Source: an uncultured Clostridia bacterium | GTDB taxonomy: Bacteria > Bacillota > Clostridia > TANB77 > CAG-508 | Reading direction: 5' to 3' | Length of the DNA: 64,000 bases | Assembly (NCBI GenBank): GCA_944392805.1 | Contig: CALXXZ010000002.1 | Span: forward strand, 169,637-233,636 | Part shown: positions 19,004 through 30,538 of the stretch, one piece after another | Numbering within the stretch: position 1 is the first letter of the stretch | How the letters are laid out: each line of letters begins with the position of its first letter | Made by a program: the position numbers and the translations under genes | The notes under the pieces: generated by a model | What the model saw: the letters and a program-made list of their open reading frames with translations, nothing else | The model's database searches: none | What the model was told of the DNA's origin: nothing

Positions 19004-21238
19004 TCAATCTAATTTTTTTGTCAATTTATATTCCAATCCTGTATTTCTTTTTTTACTATCTACATTTCTTATCATGAAATCAACAATTTTTTCATTTCCT
19101 ATTACTATTAACATTTTTTTTGCCCTTGTCAATCCTGTATATAACAAGTTTCTTGTCAATAGCATTGGTGCAGTTTGTGGTATTATCATAATTACTACAT
19201 CAAATTCGCTACCTTGTGCTTTATGAATTGTAATACAATAACTATGTTCAATTTGTTCTAAATCATTATACTCATACCAGCATACTTTTTCATCATCAAA
19301 TTTTACTCTAATATTTTTTTCTTTATCGTTTATATTTGTTATTGTTCCAGTTTCTCCATTAAATACACCATTTCCAGTTTCTAAACTATCTCCATCTCGT
19401 TTTTCCCAGTACATATCATAATTATTTTTTATTTGCATTACTCTGTCACCTACTCTAAAAATTGCTCCCATACTACTCTTTTCTGTTTCTCCATCTCTAT
19501 GTGGATTTAATTCATTTTGTAATGCTTTATTTAGTTCTTTTGTTCCTAATAATCCTTTTTTTGTTGGTGTTAACACTTGTATACTTTCAAAAAAATCATA
19601 ATCTCCAAATTTTTTTAGTCTTCCATTACATAATGATAAAACTTGTTCTAATATTTTTTCTTGATTATTTTCTTTTATAAAGAAAAAATCTTGTTTTGAA
19701 TCTTCTTCAAGTTCTTCATCATCTTTTCCTATAAAGTTTTTTCCATTATTTACTCTATGTGCATTAACTATAATCTTACTTTTTGCAGCTTGTCTAAATA
19801 TTTTGTCTAAATGAACTGTTATTAATTTTTGAGAATTTATTAAATCTTTTAATACACTTCCTGGACCTACTGATGGTAATTGATCACTATCTCCTACTAG
19901 TATTAATTTTGTTCCTAAATATATACAGTCTAATAAATAACTCATAACAAACATATCTACCATAGATGTTTCATCAACAATTATTATATCTCCATCTATT
20001 GGTGCACCTTGATATTCTGTATCTTTTTTTACTAATGATTCTTCATCTACTTTTCCAATTTCTAATAATCTATGTAATGTACATGCTTCTTCTCCTGTTG
20101 TTTCTGTCATTCTTTTAGCTGCTCTTCCTGTAGGAGCACATAAAACTATTTTGTATTTTTTTTGTTTATAAATTTCAATAATACTTTTTATTATTGTTGT
20201 TTTTCCTGTTCCAGGTCCACCAGTTATTATTGTAACATTGTTATCATTTATTGCTCTTATAGCTTCTTTTTGTTTTTCTGATAAAAACATATCAGTTTTT
20301 TCTTCTATATGTTTTAATTCTTTTTCTATATTACTTACTTTTTTTATATTTTTTGCATTATTCAATTTTATTATTCTTTCTGCTATTTTTTCTTCTGCTT
20401 TATAGTATGTAAATAAATATACCCATTCTTCTCCATCTCTATCTTCTATTACTATGTCATTATTTACTTTTAAATTGATTATTTCTTGTTCTATTATTTC
20501 ATCACTTACACCTAATAATTGTTTTACATATTCTTTTAAATTTTCCTTTAATGTACAGCAATGACCATTATATGTAATTTTTATAAGTGCATATTTTATT
20601 CCGCTTTGTACTCTTTTACTATTTTCTCTTTCAATTCCTATTTTTATTGCCATATCATCTATCTGTTTGAAATCTACACCTCTTGAAATATCTATCAATA
20701 TATATGGATTTGCTTCTATTTCTTCTATTGCATTTATTCCTAATAGATTATATACTTTTTTTGCACTTTCTGGTCCTAATCCAAATTTTTCTAAAAATCC
20801 TACTATTTGCCATACTTCCCAATTTTCTATAAAACTTTCTGACATTTCTATTGCTTTATCTTTACTTATTCCTTTTATCTGTGCCAATTTTTGTGGTTCG
20901 AATTTGAATACATGTATTGTTTCTTCTCCAAACTTGTCTATTATTTTTTTTGCTGTTGCAGGTCCAATTCCTTTTATATTTCCATTTGCTAGATATGCTT
21001 CTAATGATGCTAATGTTTGTGGCATTAATTTTTCAAATATTTCTATTTTGAATTGTTCTCCATAGTCTTTATGCTCTACAGTTTTTCCGGTTATTTTTAA
21101 TGTATCTCCTTTACTTATAAATGGTAAATATCCTACTACTGTTATCTGCTCATCTTCTGTTTCAAATATTCCTACTGTATAACTATTTACTTCATTTTGA
21201 TATATTATTTCTGATAGTATTCCTTCTTTTTCTTCCAA
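19004..21238 (-). CDS. recD2: ATP-dependent RecD2-like DNA helicase (SF1, RecD/TraA family)
   Basis: 744 aa with an N-terminal OB/HhH region, a Walker A (GGPGTGKTT), VGDSDQLPSVGPG (motif III) and C-terminal helicase motifs (ITIHKAQGSEF). Confidence 0.85.
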   Translation of the reverse strand: MEEKEGILSEIIYQNEVNSYTVGIFETEDEQITVVGYLPFISKGDTLKITGKTVEHKDYGEQFKIEIFEKLMPQTLASLEAYLANGNIKGIGPATAKKIIDKFGEETIHVFKFEPQKLAQIKGISKDKAIEMSESFIENWEVWQIVGFLEKFGLGPESAKKVYNLLGINAIEEIEANPYILIDISRGVDFKQIDDMAIKIGIERENSKRVQSGIKYALIKITYNGHCCTLKENLKEYVKQLLGVSDEIIEQEIINLKVNNDIVIEDRDGEEWVYLFTYYKAEEKIAERIIKLNNAKNIKKVSNIEKELKHIEEKTDMFLSEKQKEAIRAINDNNVTIITGGPGTGKTTIIKSIIEIYKQKKYKIVLCAPTGRAAKRMTETTGEEACTLHRLLEIGKVDEESLVKKDTEYQGAPIDGDIIIVDETSMVDMFVMSYLLDCIYLGTKLILVGDSDQLPSVGPGSVLKDLINSQKLITVHLDKIFRQAAKSKIIVNAHRVNNGKNFIGKDDEELEEDSKQDFFFIKENNQEKILEQVLSLCNGRLKKFGDYDFFESIQVLTPTKKGLLGTKELNKALQNELNPHRDGETEKSSMGAIFRVGDRVMQIKNNYDMYWEKRDGDSLETGNGVFNGETGTITNINDKEKNIRVKFDDEKVCWYEYNDLEQIEHSYCITIHKAQGSEFDVVIMIIPQTAPMLLTRNLLYTGLTRAKKMLIVIGNEKIVDFMIRNVDSKKRNTGLEYKLTKKLD

Positions 21239-21366
21239 TTTTGGTCCTCTTTTCTCTAAATATCTTTATATAGTTTATCATATAATTATGTTAGTTTCAA
21301 TGATTTTCTCTATTATAATTATAAACAGGAGAAAAGCAAGGAAATTGCATTGCTTTCTCCTTGCTT

Positions 21367-22026
21367 TTAATCTGATTTTTGGTATGTTTCGTACTCACTC
21401 TCTGGAAGCAAGCCAAACCATTGGTTGTCAATATGTTCAACCTCTTCTCCCTGTTTGAATTCTGACTGAAATACCAATCTTTCAGAAACTACAGGGCCAT
21501 TTTGCAGAATTTCTTCTGCAATCTGGTAAAAAATTTCATCTACATCATCTTGTTTTGTATTTGATATTTCTTTATAAGAAGCATATTGATCTTCATTATA
21601 AACTTGTTCTTGGATGCTCCTTCCTAAGAACATGTAGTTCATTTTGGCCCTATTGACAACACACGATGCTGTCATTCTAAGAGCTTTCATAGCATCTTCT
21701 TCAGTACATCTGTACTGAAGAACTCCCACCTCGTGAAAAACTGTATTTCCCACAAGATATATATCTTCCTGTGTATATGGGAAATAAGGTTCTTCTTTTG
21801 TTGTTTCTTCAGCTTTCACTGTTTCAATTTCAGTGGCTGTTTCCTCTTGTTCTAAAGTTTCAGGAACATTTTTAGCTACTGAAATTACTTCAGTTTGAAC
21901 ATGATTTTCATGTTCAAGTGTTCTTGCATTTCTTTCAGCTAACATAAAGGGAATTGTTAATAATCCTAGCCCAATTCCAATAGTTGCAGAAATGATGTTT
22001 CCTTTAAGAGTATGTTTCCGTATCAT
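21367..22026 (-). CDS. membrane-anchored SleB/CwlJ-like cell wall hydrolase domain protein (Hydrolase_2 family), compositionally atypical (GC about 40%)
   Basis: N-terminal TM. The C-terminal domain carries ..ASCVVNRAK...SIQEQVYNEDQYAS.., resembling the conserved VV.NRV....QFS core of SleB-type hydrolases. GC is clearly higher than in neighbours. Confidence 0.45.
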   Translation of the reverse strand: MIRKHTLKGNIISATIGIGLGLLTIPFMLAERNARTLEHENHVQTEVISVAKNVPETLEQEETATEIETVKAEETTKEEPYFPYTQEDIYLVGNTVFHEVGVLQYRCTEEDAMKALRMTASCVVNRAKMNYMFLGRSIQEQVYNEDQYASYKEISNTKQDDVDEIFYQIAEEILQNGPVVSERLVFQSEFKQGEEVEHIDNQWFGLLPESEYETYQKSD

Positions 22027-22122
22027 TTTTATTTCTCCTTTTCTTTCTTTCCGCCTTATTGCACGGATTTTTTGTACAACGTACCTATATATATTTTACC
22101 ATATTTTATGTAAATTTTCAAA

Positions 22123-22482
22123 TTAGTTATTTATATCATTTATATTATCTATTAAATCTTTACATTCTCTCCAATTAGTCACTCTTACACATTCATAATC
22201 TAATGACATTTTATTCAGAATTTCTTTTGTTTTATCTTTTGAATCTAAATCTGCAACAATTATGTCTTTTACATATTCTTCTTTTCCATATAGTAATTTA
22301 AATAAGCTTGAACGTAAAAATCCTTCTATTCTTTCTTCTTGATTTTTTACTGCAATTATTATATAAATACCATCTGCTTTCATGTTTGTATATGTACACA
22401 TATATATTATTTGTTTTATTAATTCAAATAAGCCATAAAGAGCAAATGTCCAGAGTATTGCATTAATTACAAAATTCTCCAT
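22123..22482 (-). CDS. hypothetical small membrane protein
   Basis: 119 aa with an N-terminal TM and no identifiable domain. It looks like a decayed GT2-like N-terminal fragment (IIIAVKNQEERIE..IIVADLDSKDKT), but this is speculative. Confidence 0.35.
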   Translation of the reverse strand: MENFVINAILWTFALYGLFELIKQIIYMCTYTNMKADGIYIIIAVKNQEERIEGFLRSSLFKLLYGKEEYVKDIIVADLDSKDKTKEILNKMSLDYECVRVTNWRECKDLIDNINDINN

Positions 22483-22518
22483 ACCATCTTCCTCCTTATG
22501 GCTATTATATGTGTTTTA

Positions 22519-23631
22519 TTATTTTAGTGTGATGACTTTTTCCCATGGTAAATCTTTTTTTCCAAAATGACCATAATTTGTTGTTTTTGTAAATATTGGT
22601 TCTTGTAAATGTAAATATTCAATAATTCCTTTTGGTGTTAAATCAAAATTACGATTTATCATTTCTAAAATCTCGTCTTCTGGAATTGTATTTGTTCCAA
22701 ATGTATCTACAAATACTGACATTGGTTGTTCCATTCCAATTGCATATGCAACTTGAATTTCACATTTTTTTGCATATCCATTTGCTACAATGTTTTTTGC
22801 AATATGTCTTAACATATATGCACTACTACGATCAACTTTTGTTGCATCTTTTCCAGAAAATGCTCCACCTCCATGGCGTGCATAGCCACCATATGTATCA
22901 ACAATAATTTTTCTTCCTGTTAATCCTGTATCTCCTAAAGGTCCTCCTATTACAAATCTTCCTGTTGGATTTATATAATATTTTGTATCTTCGTCTAAAT
23001 ATTTTGATGGAATTACTTCATTTATTACTTTTTCTTTTATGTCATTTTTTAATGTTTCCATATCTATATCTTCATTATGTTGTGTTGATACTAATATTGT
23101 ATCTATTCTTTTAACTTGTCCATCTTCATATTCTACTGTTACTTGTGTTTTACCATCTGGTCTAAGATATGGTAATATTCCTGTTTTACGCACTTCTGTT
23201 AATCTTTTAGATAACTTATGTGCCATTGATATTGCAAATGGCATGTATTCTTCTGTTTCATCTGATGCATATCCAAACATTATTCCTTGGTCTCCTGCAC
23301 CACCAATATCAACTCCTAGTGCTATATCAGAACTTTGTTTTGTTATATTTACATCTATTTCACAAGTTCTATAATCTATGTCTAATTCACTATTATCATA
23401 TCCTATTTCTTTTATTCTTTCTCTTACTATTTTTTCTATATCTAATTTAGCATTTGTGGTTATTTGTCCTGCTATTGTTATTTTATTTGCTGATGCAAAT
23501 GTTTCTACTGCTACTCTTGAGTTTTTATCTTGTTTTAGTGCTTCATCTAATATTGTATCTGAAATATAATCACATAGTTTATCTGGATGTCCTTCTGTTA
23601 CACTTTCAGATGTAAAATAATATCTTTTCAT
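22519..23631 (-). CDS. metK: S-adenosylmethionine synthetase
   Basis: 370 aa with GHPDK, GAGDQG and the [10 protein letters not shown]-loop-like motif. Confidence 0.95.
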   Translation of the reverse strand: MKRYYFTSESVTEGHPDKLCDYISDTILDEALKQDKNSRVAVETFASANKITIAGQITTNAKLDIEKIVRERIKEIGYDNSELDIDYRTCEIDVNITKQSSDIALGVDIGGAGDQGIMFGYASDETEEYMPFAISMAHKLSKRLTEVRKTGILPYLRPDGKTQVTVEYEDGQVKRIDTILVSTQHNEDIDMETLKNDIKEKVINEVIPSKYLDEDTKYYINPTGRFVIGGPLGDTGLTGRKIIVDTYGGYARHGGGAFSGKDATKVDRSSAYMLRHIAKNIVANGYAKKCEIQVAYAIGMEQPMSVFVDTFGTNTIPEDEILEMINRNFDLTPKGIIEYLHLQEPIFTKTTNYGHFGKKDLPWEKVITLK

Positions 23632-23673
23632 TTTTTCTCCCTTCTTACCAAAATGTGTGTTTTTTGGTAAAAT

Positions 23674-23816
23674 AAAAAACTCTTTGCGATTGCTAAGAGT
23701 TCTTTATCTTTTATAATAATCATCACTCAAAGCTTTTGCTTTGCCGGTTTTAGCACCTTGTCATATGATAGGTTGCTGTGGGATTAACGAGCCGTTCTCT
23801 ACTCCACTCTTGATAA
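23674..23816 (-). ncRNA. SAM-I (S-box) riboswitch with intrinsic terminator in the metK leader
   Basis: Minus-strand read: TTATCAAGAGTGGAGTAGAGAACGGCTCG..AATCCCACAGCAACC..AAGGTGCTAAAACCGGCAAAG..GATGATTA, then terminator CTCTTAGCAATCGCAAAGAG + TTTTTT (23674-23699). This matches the S-box consensus blocks (CTTATCAAGAG, GCAACC, AAGGTGCTAA). Confidence 0.8.
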
Positions 23817-23828
23817 TTTTTTATTTAA

Positions 23829-24353
23829 TTAAACTAATTCTAATATAACAACTTCTGCTCCATCACCTTTACGTGGACCAGCTTTTATTATTCTTGTATA
23901 TCCTCCAACTCTTCCTTCATATTTTGGAGCTATTTCATTGAATAATTTTGCTATTAAATCTATATTGTTTCCTTTTTCATCTTTTACTTTATTGATTTTT
24001 GTTATAATTTTTCTTCTAGCATTTAGTCTTGATGGCATATCTTTTTGTCTACTTTCTGTTGTTTCTTCTTTAACAACTTTTAAGTATTCTTTACCATTTT
24101 TACTTTTTGCCATTTCAGTAACTTTGTTACCTTTAGAATCTAATTTTGCTTTTACTACTTTTACATCTACTGTTTCAAAGTTGTCTTTTTCTTTTATTGC
24201 TAATGCTATTATGCTATCAACTATTGCTTTTACTTCTTTAGCTCTTGCTTCTGTTGTTTCAACTTTACCATGTAAAATTACATCTGTAGTTAATGTTTTT
24301 AACATAGCTTTTCTGATGTCAGTAGTTCTACCTAATTTTCTATTTGTAGCCAC
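23829..24353 (-). CDS. rplQ: 50S ribosomal protein L17 (with internal/C-terminal extension)
   Basis: The N-terminal region matches L17 ([23 protein letters not shown]), and it is the last gene of the alpha operon after rpoA. Confidence 0.85.
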   Translation of the reverse strand: MATNRKLGRTTDIRKAMLKTLTTDVILHGKVETTEARAKEVKAIVDSIIALAIKEKDNFETVDVKVVKAKLDSKGNKVTEMAKSKNGKEYLKVVKEETTESRQKDMPSRLNARRKIITKINKVKDEKGNNIDLIAKLFNEIAPKYEGRVGGYTRIIKAGPRKGDGAEVVILELV

Positions 24354-24377
24354 TTTTTTTCACCTCTTCTTATATTT

Positions 24378-25325
24378 TTATTCGTCTTCCTCTGCGAAAC
24401 CTAGTCCTAATGAATGTAATTTTGCTGTTACTTCATCTAATGATTTCTTTCCTAAATTTCTAACTTTCATCATATCACTTTCTGATTTGTTTGTTAAGTC
24501 TTCTACTGTAGCAATTCCTGCTCTTTTTAAACAATTGAATGAACGTACAGAAAGTTCTAATTCTTCTATTGAAGTTTCTAATACTTTTTCTTTCTTAGAT
24601 TCTTCTTTTTCTATCATTACTTGTGTATTTTTTGTTGCTTCTGATAAATCTATGAATAACTCTAAATGTCCTGTCATTACTTTGGCTGCTAAGCTTAATG
24701 CTTCATCTGCTTTTAAGCTTCCGTTTGTCCATACTTCTATTATTAGTTTGTCATAGTCAACCATTTGGCCTACTCTAGTGTTTTTTACTTGATAATTTAC
24801 TTTTTTTACTGGTGTATAAATTGAATCTATTGGAAGTACTGATATGTCTTGGTTTGGTTTTTTATTCTTTTCTGCTGGAGAATATCCTCTTCCCATATCT
24901 GCTGTCATTTCCATGATTAATTGTCCACCTTCTGATACAGTTGCTATATGTAAGTCAGGATTTAGTATTTCTACAGTTCCATCAGTTATGATATCTCCTG
25001 CTGTTACTTCTCCTTCTCCTTTGAAGTTAATTCTCATTACTTTTTCTTCATTTTCATCAAATTTTAGTCTTACATTTTTTAAATTAACTATTATTTCTGG
25101 TACATCTTCTACAACATTTGGTATGCTAGAAAATTCATGTAATACTCCATCTATTTTAACACTTGTTATTGCACATCCTGTTAATGATGAAAGTAATATA
25201 CGTCTTAATGAATTTCCTATTGTTACTCCATATCCTCTTTCTAATGGTTCACATACAAATTTTGCATAATTATTTACGTTATCAACCTCTAGACATTCAA
25301 TATTTGGCTTTTCAAATTCTATCAT
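24378..25325 (-). CDS. rpoA: DNA-directed RNA polymerase subunit alpha
   Basis: 315 aa with ..[12 protein letters not shown].. and a C-terminal alpha-CTD ([16 protein letters not shown]). Confidence 0.95.
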   Translation of the reverse strand: MIEFEKPNIECLEVDNVNNYAKFVCEPLERGYGVTIGNSLRRILLSSLTGCAITSVKIDGVLHEFSSIPNVVEDVPEIIVNLKNVRLKFDENEEKVMRINFKGEGEVTAGDIITDGTVEILNPDLHIATVSEGGQLIMEMTADMGRGYSPAEKNKKPNQDISVLPIDSIYTPVKKVNYQVKNTRVGQMVDYDKLIIEVWTNGSLKADEALSLAAKVMTGHLELFIDLSEATKNTQVMIEKEESKKEKVLETSIEELELSVRSFNCLKRAGIATVEDLTNKSESDMMKVRNLGKKSLDEVTAKLHSLGLGFAEEDE

Positions 25326-25349
25326 TTCTACCTCCTAATATTTTAAAAA

Positions 25350-25976
25350 CTATTTAGAGTAAAGCTCTACTATTAAATGTTCTTCAATTGGAATATCAAC
25401 ATCTTCTCTAGATGCTAATCTTAATACTTTACCACTTAAAGTTTCATTATTTAATTCTAACCAAGCTGGAATTGGTCTTGTTGCATTTGCTTCTACATTT
25501 GCTTTTATTGTGCTATTGTCTTTTTTGTTTTCTCTTACAGTTATTACATCTCCTGCTTTTACTAAGTATGATGGAATATCAACTTTTTTACCATTTACTT
25601 CGAATTGTCCATGGTTTACTAATTGTCTAGCTTGTGCTCTTGAAGCTCCAAATCCTAATCTGTAAACTACATTATCTAATCTGCTTTCTAATATTTGTAA
25701 TAAGTTTTCACCTGTTATTCCTTTTTTATTAGATGCTATTTCGAAATATCCTCTAAATTGTTTTTCTCCAACTCCATAGTATGATTTTGTTTTTTGTTTT
25801 TCTCTTAATTGAGTTCCGTATTCAGAAAGTTTTGCTCTTTTTTGTCCATGTTGTCCTGGTGCATAGTTTCTTCTAGAGATACTACATTTGTCAGAATAAC
25901 ATCTTGAACCTTTTAAGAACAATTTTTGTCCTTCTCTACGGCAAATACGACATTGTTCGTCTGTATAACGTGCCAT
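25350..25976 (-). CDS. rpsD: 30S ribosomal protein S4
   Basis: [23 protein letters not shown].. zinc-finger type S4, 208 aa. Confidence 0.95.
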   Translation of the reverse strand: MARYTDEQCRICRREGQKLFLKGSRCYSDKCSISRRNYAPGQHGQKRAKLSEYGTQLREKQKTKSYYGVGEKQFRGYFEIASNKKGITGENLLQILESRLDNVVYRLGFGASRAQARQLVNHGQFEVNGKKVDIPSYLVKAGDVITVRENKKDNSTIKANVEANATRPIPAWLELNNETLSGKVLRLASREDVDIPIEEHLIVELYSK

Positions 25977-26030
25977 CTTATATTTACACCTCTTTCATTA
26001 ATTTAGTTATTTTTATTTATTTCGTTATTT

Positions 26031-26429
26031 TTATACTCTTCTTCTTTTTGGTGGTCTACAACCATTGTGTGGGATTGGTGTTACGTCTTTAATACTGCTT
26101 AGTTCTAAACCTGCTGATTGAAGTGCTCTTATTGCAGCTTCTCTACCAGCTCCTGGTCCTTTAACATATACTTCAACAGTTTTTAATCCGTGTTCCATTG
26201 CTGCTTTTGCTGCTGTTTCAGCAACTTCTCCAGCTGCGAATGGTGTGCTTTTTCTTGAACCTTTGAATCCTAGTCCTCCAGCACTTCCCCATGATATTGT
26301 ATTTCCATTTGTATCTGTTATTGTAACTATTGTATTATTGAAACTAGAATGAATGTGTGCTTCACCTTTGTCTATATTTTTTCTGTTTCTTCTAGCTACT
26401 GGTTTTTTTGTTGCATTTTTGTTAGCCAT
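26031..26429 (-). CDS. rpsK: 30S ribosomal protein S11
   Basis: 132 aa with ..[18 protein letters not shown].. typical of S11. Confidence 0.95.
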   Translation of the reverse strand: MANKNATKKPVARRNRKNIDKGEAHIHSSFNNTIVTITDTNGNTISWGSAGGLGFKGSRKSTPFAAGEVAETAAKAAMEHGLKTVEVYVKGPGAGREAAIRALQSAGLELSSIKDVTPIPHNGCRPPKRRRV

Positions 26430-26460
26430 GATTTTTAATTTCCCTCCTTATTAGAAATTA

Positions 26461-26832
26461 TTATGCTTTTTTAGATTTACTTACTAATTTTCTTGGACCT
26501 TTTCTTGTACGAGCATTAGTTTTTGTTCTTTGTCCTCTTACTGGAAGACCTCTTCTATGTCTTAATCCTCTATAACATCCAATTTCTGTTAGTCTCTTGA
26601 TATTAAGAGCTACTTCTCTTCTTAAATCACCTTCAACTTTATATGTTCCGTCAATTGCTTTTCTTATGCTATTAACTTCATCATCAGTTAGGTCTTTTAC
26701 TCTAGTATCTGGATTTACCCCAGCTTCTTTTAATATTTTTCTTGAGCTTGCTACTCCTATACCATAAATGTATGTAAGTCCTATTTCTACTCTTTTTTCT
26801 TTAGGTAAATCTACTCCTGCTATACGAGCCAT
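26461..26832 (-). CDS. rpsM: 30S ribosomal protein S13
   Basis: [14 protein letters not shown].. start at 26832, with GGAGGTG eight nt upstream. The ORF-track start at 26850 is an upstream in-frame Met. Confidence 0.95.
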   Translation of the reverse strand: MARIAGVDLPKEKRVEIGLTYIYGIGVASSRKILKEAGVNPDTRVKDLTDDEVNSIRKAIDGTYKVEGDLRREVALNIKRLTEIGCYRGLRHRRGLPVRGQRTKTNARTRKGPRKLVSKSKKA

Positions 26833-27026
26833 GTTTTTTTGCACCTCCAAAATTTTATTTTTTCTTTTTAGTTTAGTGTTGTCCTATTTATTCTTAAAGG
26901 TGAAATGCATCTAATGGCTTATTATTAGATCTTTAAGTTTTATTTTGGACATATATATAAACACAAATTTGATATGTAAACTTTACAGTTTAACAGCCGC
27001 TACCTAATTTGTGTTATAAGCTTAGG

Positions 27027-27140
27027 TTACCCTTGTCTTTGTTTGTGTTTAGGGTTTTCACATATAACTCTAATTACACCTTTTCTTTTTATTACTTTGC
27101 ATTTGTCGCAAATCTTTTTTACTGATGGTCTTACTTTCAT
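27027..27140 (-). CDS. rpmJ: 50S ribosomal protein L36
   Basis: Not in the ORF track because it is below 60 aa. Minus-strand translation is [37 protein letters not shown], a zinc-ribbon L36, located between infA and rpsM. Confidence 0.85.
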   Translation of the reverse strand: MKVRPSVKKICDKCKVIKRKGVIRVICENPKHKQRQG

Positions 27141-27214
27141 TTCTTGCACCTCCTATTTATAACAGGTGATACCTGTTTCTATATTTATATATTATATAGT
27201 TTGGGTTAATCTAT

Positions 27215-27433
27215 TTATTTTGCTCTCCAAGTGATTCTTCCTCTTGTTAAATCATATGGTGATAATTCTACTTTTACTTTGTCTCCTGGTAATATTTTGA
27301 TATAGTTCATTCTTAGTTTTCCTGAAATATGTGCTAATATTTGATGCCCATTTTCAAGTTCTACTTTGAAATTAGTATTTGGTAGTGTTTCTACTACTGT
27401 TCCTTCAACTTCTATAACATCTTCCTTTGCCAA
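27215..27433 (-). CDS. infA: translation initiation factor IF-1 (TTG start)
   Basis: [15 protein letters not shown]..; the IF-1 N-terminus lines up with the TTG at 27431-27433, and AAGGAGGT lies 7 nt upstream. The ORF-track ATG at 27460 would translate through the SD. Confidence 0.85.
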   Translation of the reverse strand: MAKEDVIEVEGTVVETLPNTNFKVELENGHQILAHISGKLRMNYIKILPGDKVKVELSPYDLTRGRITWRAK

Positions 27434-27526
27434 GCTTCTTACCTCCTTCTTAAAGAGCATTTTATCTCTATTTTATACTATATTTTTCCAATCATATAGT
27501 ATTAACTCATATATTATATAACAATT

Positions 27527-28297
27527 TTATAGTATTGTCAATACTTCTGGTTCTTTTTCTGTAATTAAAATTGTATTTTCATAATGTGCAGATAAACTTC
27601 CATCTTGTGTTACAATTGTCCAACCATCTTCTAGTTCCCAAATATCAGGTTTTCCTTGTATTACCATTGGTTCTATTGCTAGAGTCATGCCTGGTTCAAG
27701 CCTTATTCCTTTTCCTGCTTTTCCATAGTTAGGTATACCTGGATCTTCATGCATATCTTTTCCTATTCCATGACCTTGGAATTCTCTTACTACAGAAAAA
27801 CCTTGTGATTTTACATATTCTCCTATTGCATGTGAAACATCACCTATTCTGTTTCCTTTTTTGGCATATTTTATTCCTTCATAAAATGCTTGTTTTGTTA
27901 CTTCTACTAATCTTTGTGCTTCTTTTGATACTTTTCCTACCATATATGTTCTTGCTGCATCACCATTATATCCATTTTTTAAAGCTACTAGGTCTACACT
28001 TACTATGTCTCCTTCTTTTATAACTCTTTTTGATGAAGGTACTCCATGTATTACTTCATCATTTATTGATATACATGTTGATGCAGGATATGGTGGAACT
28101 CCTTTTATTCCTGGGTCATATCCTTTTTCAGCTGAAATTGCACCATATTTTTTCATTGTTTTTTCTGCAATTGCATCTATATCTGCTGTAGTCATTCCCG
28201 GTTTTATGGCTTCTTCTATTGCTTTATGTGTTAATGCTGTTACTCTACAAGCTTCTCTCATTAACTCTATTTCTCTTTTTGATTTTATCGTTACCAT
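27527..28297 (-). CDS. map: type I methionine aminopeptidase
   Basis: 256 aa carrying the MetAP metal-ligand residues (D..D..H..E..E pattern, e.g. VVREFQGHGIG). Confidence 0.9.
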   Translation of the reverse strand: MVTIKSKREIELMREACRVTALTHKAIEEAIKPGMTTADIDAIAEKTMKKYGAISAEKGYDPGIKGVPPYPASTCISINDEVIHGVPSSKRVIKEGDIVSVDLVALKNGYNGDAARTYMVGKVSKEAQRLVEVTKQAFYEGIKYAKKGNRIGDVSHAIGEYVKSQGFSVVREFQGHGIGKDMHEDPGIPNYGKAGKGIRLEPGMTLAIEPMVIQGKPDIWELEDGWTIVTQDGSLSAHYENTILITEKEPEVLTIL

Positions 28298-28335
28298 TTT
28301 CTTTCCTTCTTTCTATTTATTCAGGAATTTTATAT

Positions 28336-29001
28336 CTAATTATTTATTTCTTTTAAAATGTCTTCTGCAACATCTTTCCCCATTCTATTTATAGATACAC
28401 TTACTTCTTCTGTTCTTAATACTCCTTTATTTTTGTAGTATTCTACTAATGGGCTTGTTTTTTCTTCATATATTTCTAATCTTCTTTTTATTGCTTCTGG
28501 ATCTGAATCATCTTCTCTTTGTTTTAATGGTGATCCACATTTGTCACATATTCCCTCTTTTACTGGTGGATGTAATTTTATATTATATGTTGCTTTACAT
28601 TCTTGGTTTGTACATACTCTTCTTGTTAACATTCTGTCTATGATTTCTTCTTTTGGTGTTACTAAGTTAATTACTAAATCAACTTTTTTTCCTTTTTTGC
28701 TTAAAATTTCATCTAATTTTTCTGCTTGTTCTATTGTTCTAGGGAATCCATCTAATATAACACCATTTTGTGCATCTTCCCATGTTAATCTATCTTCTAC
28801 CATTGGAACAGTTATTTCATCTGGTACTAAATTTCCTTTTGATATATATTTATCTGCTTCTATTCCTAGTTGTGTTTTTTCACTTATATTTTTTCTGAAT
28901 ATATCTCCTGTTGATACTTGTGGCCATCCTGTTTTCTCACTTATTAATCCTGCTACAGTACCTTTTCCTGTACCTTGTGCTCCTAACATAATAATAATCA
29001 T
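28336..29001 (-). CDS. adk: adenylate kinase (with zinc-binding lid CxxC..CxxC)
   Basis: GAQGTGKGT P-loop, and a lid with CTNQEC ... CDKCG. Confidence 0.9.
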   Translation of the reverse strand: MIIIMLGAQGTGKGTVAGLISEKTGWPQVSTGDIFRKNISEKTQLGIEADKYISKGNLVPDEITVPMVEDRLTWEDAQNGVILDGFPRTIEQAEKLDEILSKKGKKVDLVINLVTPKEEIIDRMLTRRVCTNQECKATYNIKLHPPVKEGICDKCGSPLKQREDDSDPEAIKRRLEIYEEKTSPLVEYYKNKGVLRTEEVSVSINRMGKDVAEDILKEINN

Positions 29002-29218
29002 AATTTTTCTTCCTTTCTTTGGACAAATACATATTTATCATGCTCGTCCTACTATTTTTTATACTATCAAAAAATTTCTGCCTCTAATTTTCTTAGAGGC
29101 ATCTTCCGTTTTTTACGCTAATATTTTATATTATTTTTATAGTTTTGTCAATCGTTTTAGAGCTTTTTGATACAAAAAAATAACACTTATTTAATAAGTG
29201 CTATTTTGTATAAAACTT

Positions 29219-30538
29219 TTATTCTAAGAATCCTTTATAGTGTCTCATTACTAATTGAGATTCTAATTGTTGTACTGTTTCTAGTGCAACACCTACAACG
29301 ATTAATATTGATGTACCACCAAATGAAACATTTAAGTTTGTAAATCTTAACAACATTGGAAGTATAGCTATTATTGATAAGAATAAACCTCCAAATATTG
29401 TTAGTTTTGTTATTATTGATGATAAATAATCTGTTGTTGGTTTACCTGCTCTTATTCCAGGTATAAATCCACCATTTTTCTTAATATTACTTGATACTTC
29501 TGCTGGATTAAATGTAGCATATGTATAGAAAAATGTGAATCCCATTATTAATAGTAAATATACTATAGCATTTGCTAGTGAGTATCCCCATCCAACACTT
29601 GATGAAGATGTTGCTAGAGAGAATTTATAAACTCCTCCCCAGAATCCAGTTAATGATGCAGCATCTTTTACAAACATTGATATTATCATTGCTGGAAATG
29701 TCATAAATGATGATGCAAATATTACTGGCATAACTCCTGCCATTGCTAGTTTTAATGGTATATGTGTGCTTTGAGCACCAACCATTTTTCTTCCTACTAC
29801 TTTTTTAGAATATTGTACTGGAACTCTTCTTTCTGCTTGTTGTACAAATACAACTCCTGCAACTAATAAAAGTGCTCCAACTATTATTCCTATTGATGTA
29901 ATTAATCCTATTGTGTTAAATCCTGTACTTGTAAATATTAAATTCCATATTGTTGTTACAGCTGATGGTAATCCTGATATAATACCTATAAATATTATAA
30001 TTGATATACCATTTCCGATTCCTTTACTTGTAATTTGCTCTCCTAACCACATTAATAATGCTGTTCCTGCAACTAATGAAGCAACTATTATTGCTCCTGT
30101 TAAGAATCCTGGATTGATGAATACTCCAGCACCTGAATATGAGAAATAGATACCTATAGCTTCTACAAGAGCTAATATTATTGTTATTATTTTTGTGTAT
30201 CTATTCATAACTCTTTTGCCTTCTTCTCCACCTTCCTTCATCATTCTCTCTAATGAAGGTATTACCATTGCTAATAATTGTACAACAATTGATGCTGTAA
30301 TATATGGACTTATTGACATTGCAAATATTGAGAATCTTGAAAAAGCTCCTCCTGATATTATATCTATAAATCCTGATAGTCCATTACTTGAAGTCATTGC
30401 TTCATTTAAAACTACAGTATTTACCCCTGGTACTGTTATATAACATCCTAATCTAAATAATATTATTAGTACTAATGTGTATAAAAGTCTTTTTCTAACA
30501 TCCGGTGTCTTTAAAGCATTTTTTATTGTTTTAAACAA
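29219..30538 (-). CDS. secY: preprotein translocase subunit SecY
   Basis: 439 aa, 10 TM, with a typical SecY N-terminus (IKNALKTPDVRKRLLYTL). Confidence 0.95.
   Translation of the reverse strand: MFKTIKNALKTPDVRKRLLYTLVLIILFRLGCYITVPGVNTVVLNEAMTSSNGLSGFIDIISGGAFSRFSIFAMSISPYITASIVVQLLAMVIPSLERMMKEGGEEGKRVMNRYTKIITIILALVEAIGIYFSYSGAGVFINPGFLTGAIIVASLVAGTALLMWLGEQITSKGIGNGISIIIFIGIISGLPSAVTTIWNLIFTSTGFNTIGLITSIGIIVGALLLVAGVVFVQQAERRVPVQYSKKVVGRKMVGAQSTHIPLKLAMAGVMPVIFASSFMTFPAMIISMFVKDAASLTGFWGGVYKFSLATSSSSVGWGYSLANAIVYLLLIMGFTFFYTYATFNPAEVSSNIKKNGGFIPGIRAGKPTTDYLSSIITKLTIFGGLFLSIIAILPMLLRFTNLNVSFGGTSILIVVGVALETVQQLESQLVMRHYKGFLE

Noticed and set aside
21325-21362. Hairpin GGAGAAAAGCAA..TTGCTTTCTCC downstream of the SleB-like gene as terminator
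   Set aside because: It is an imperfect stem, the U-tract lies on the wrong side for the minus-strand transcript, and it overlaps the gene's 3' coding end, so it was not annotated.
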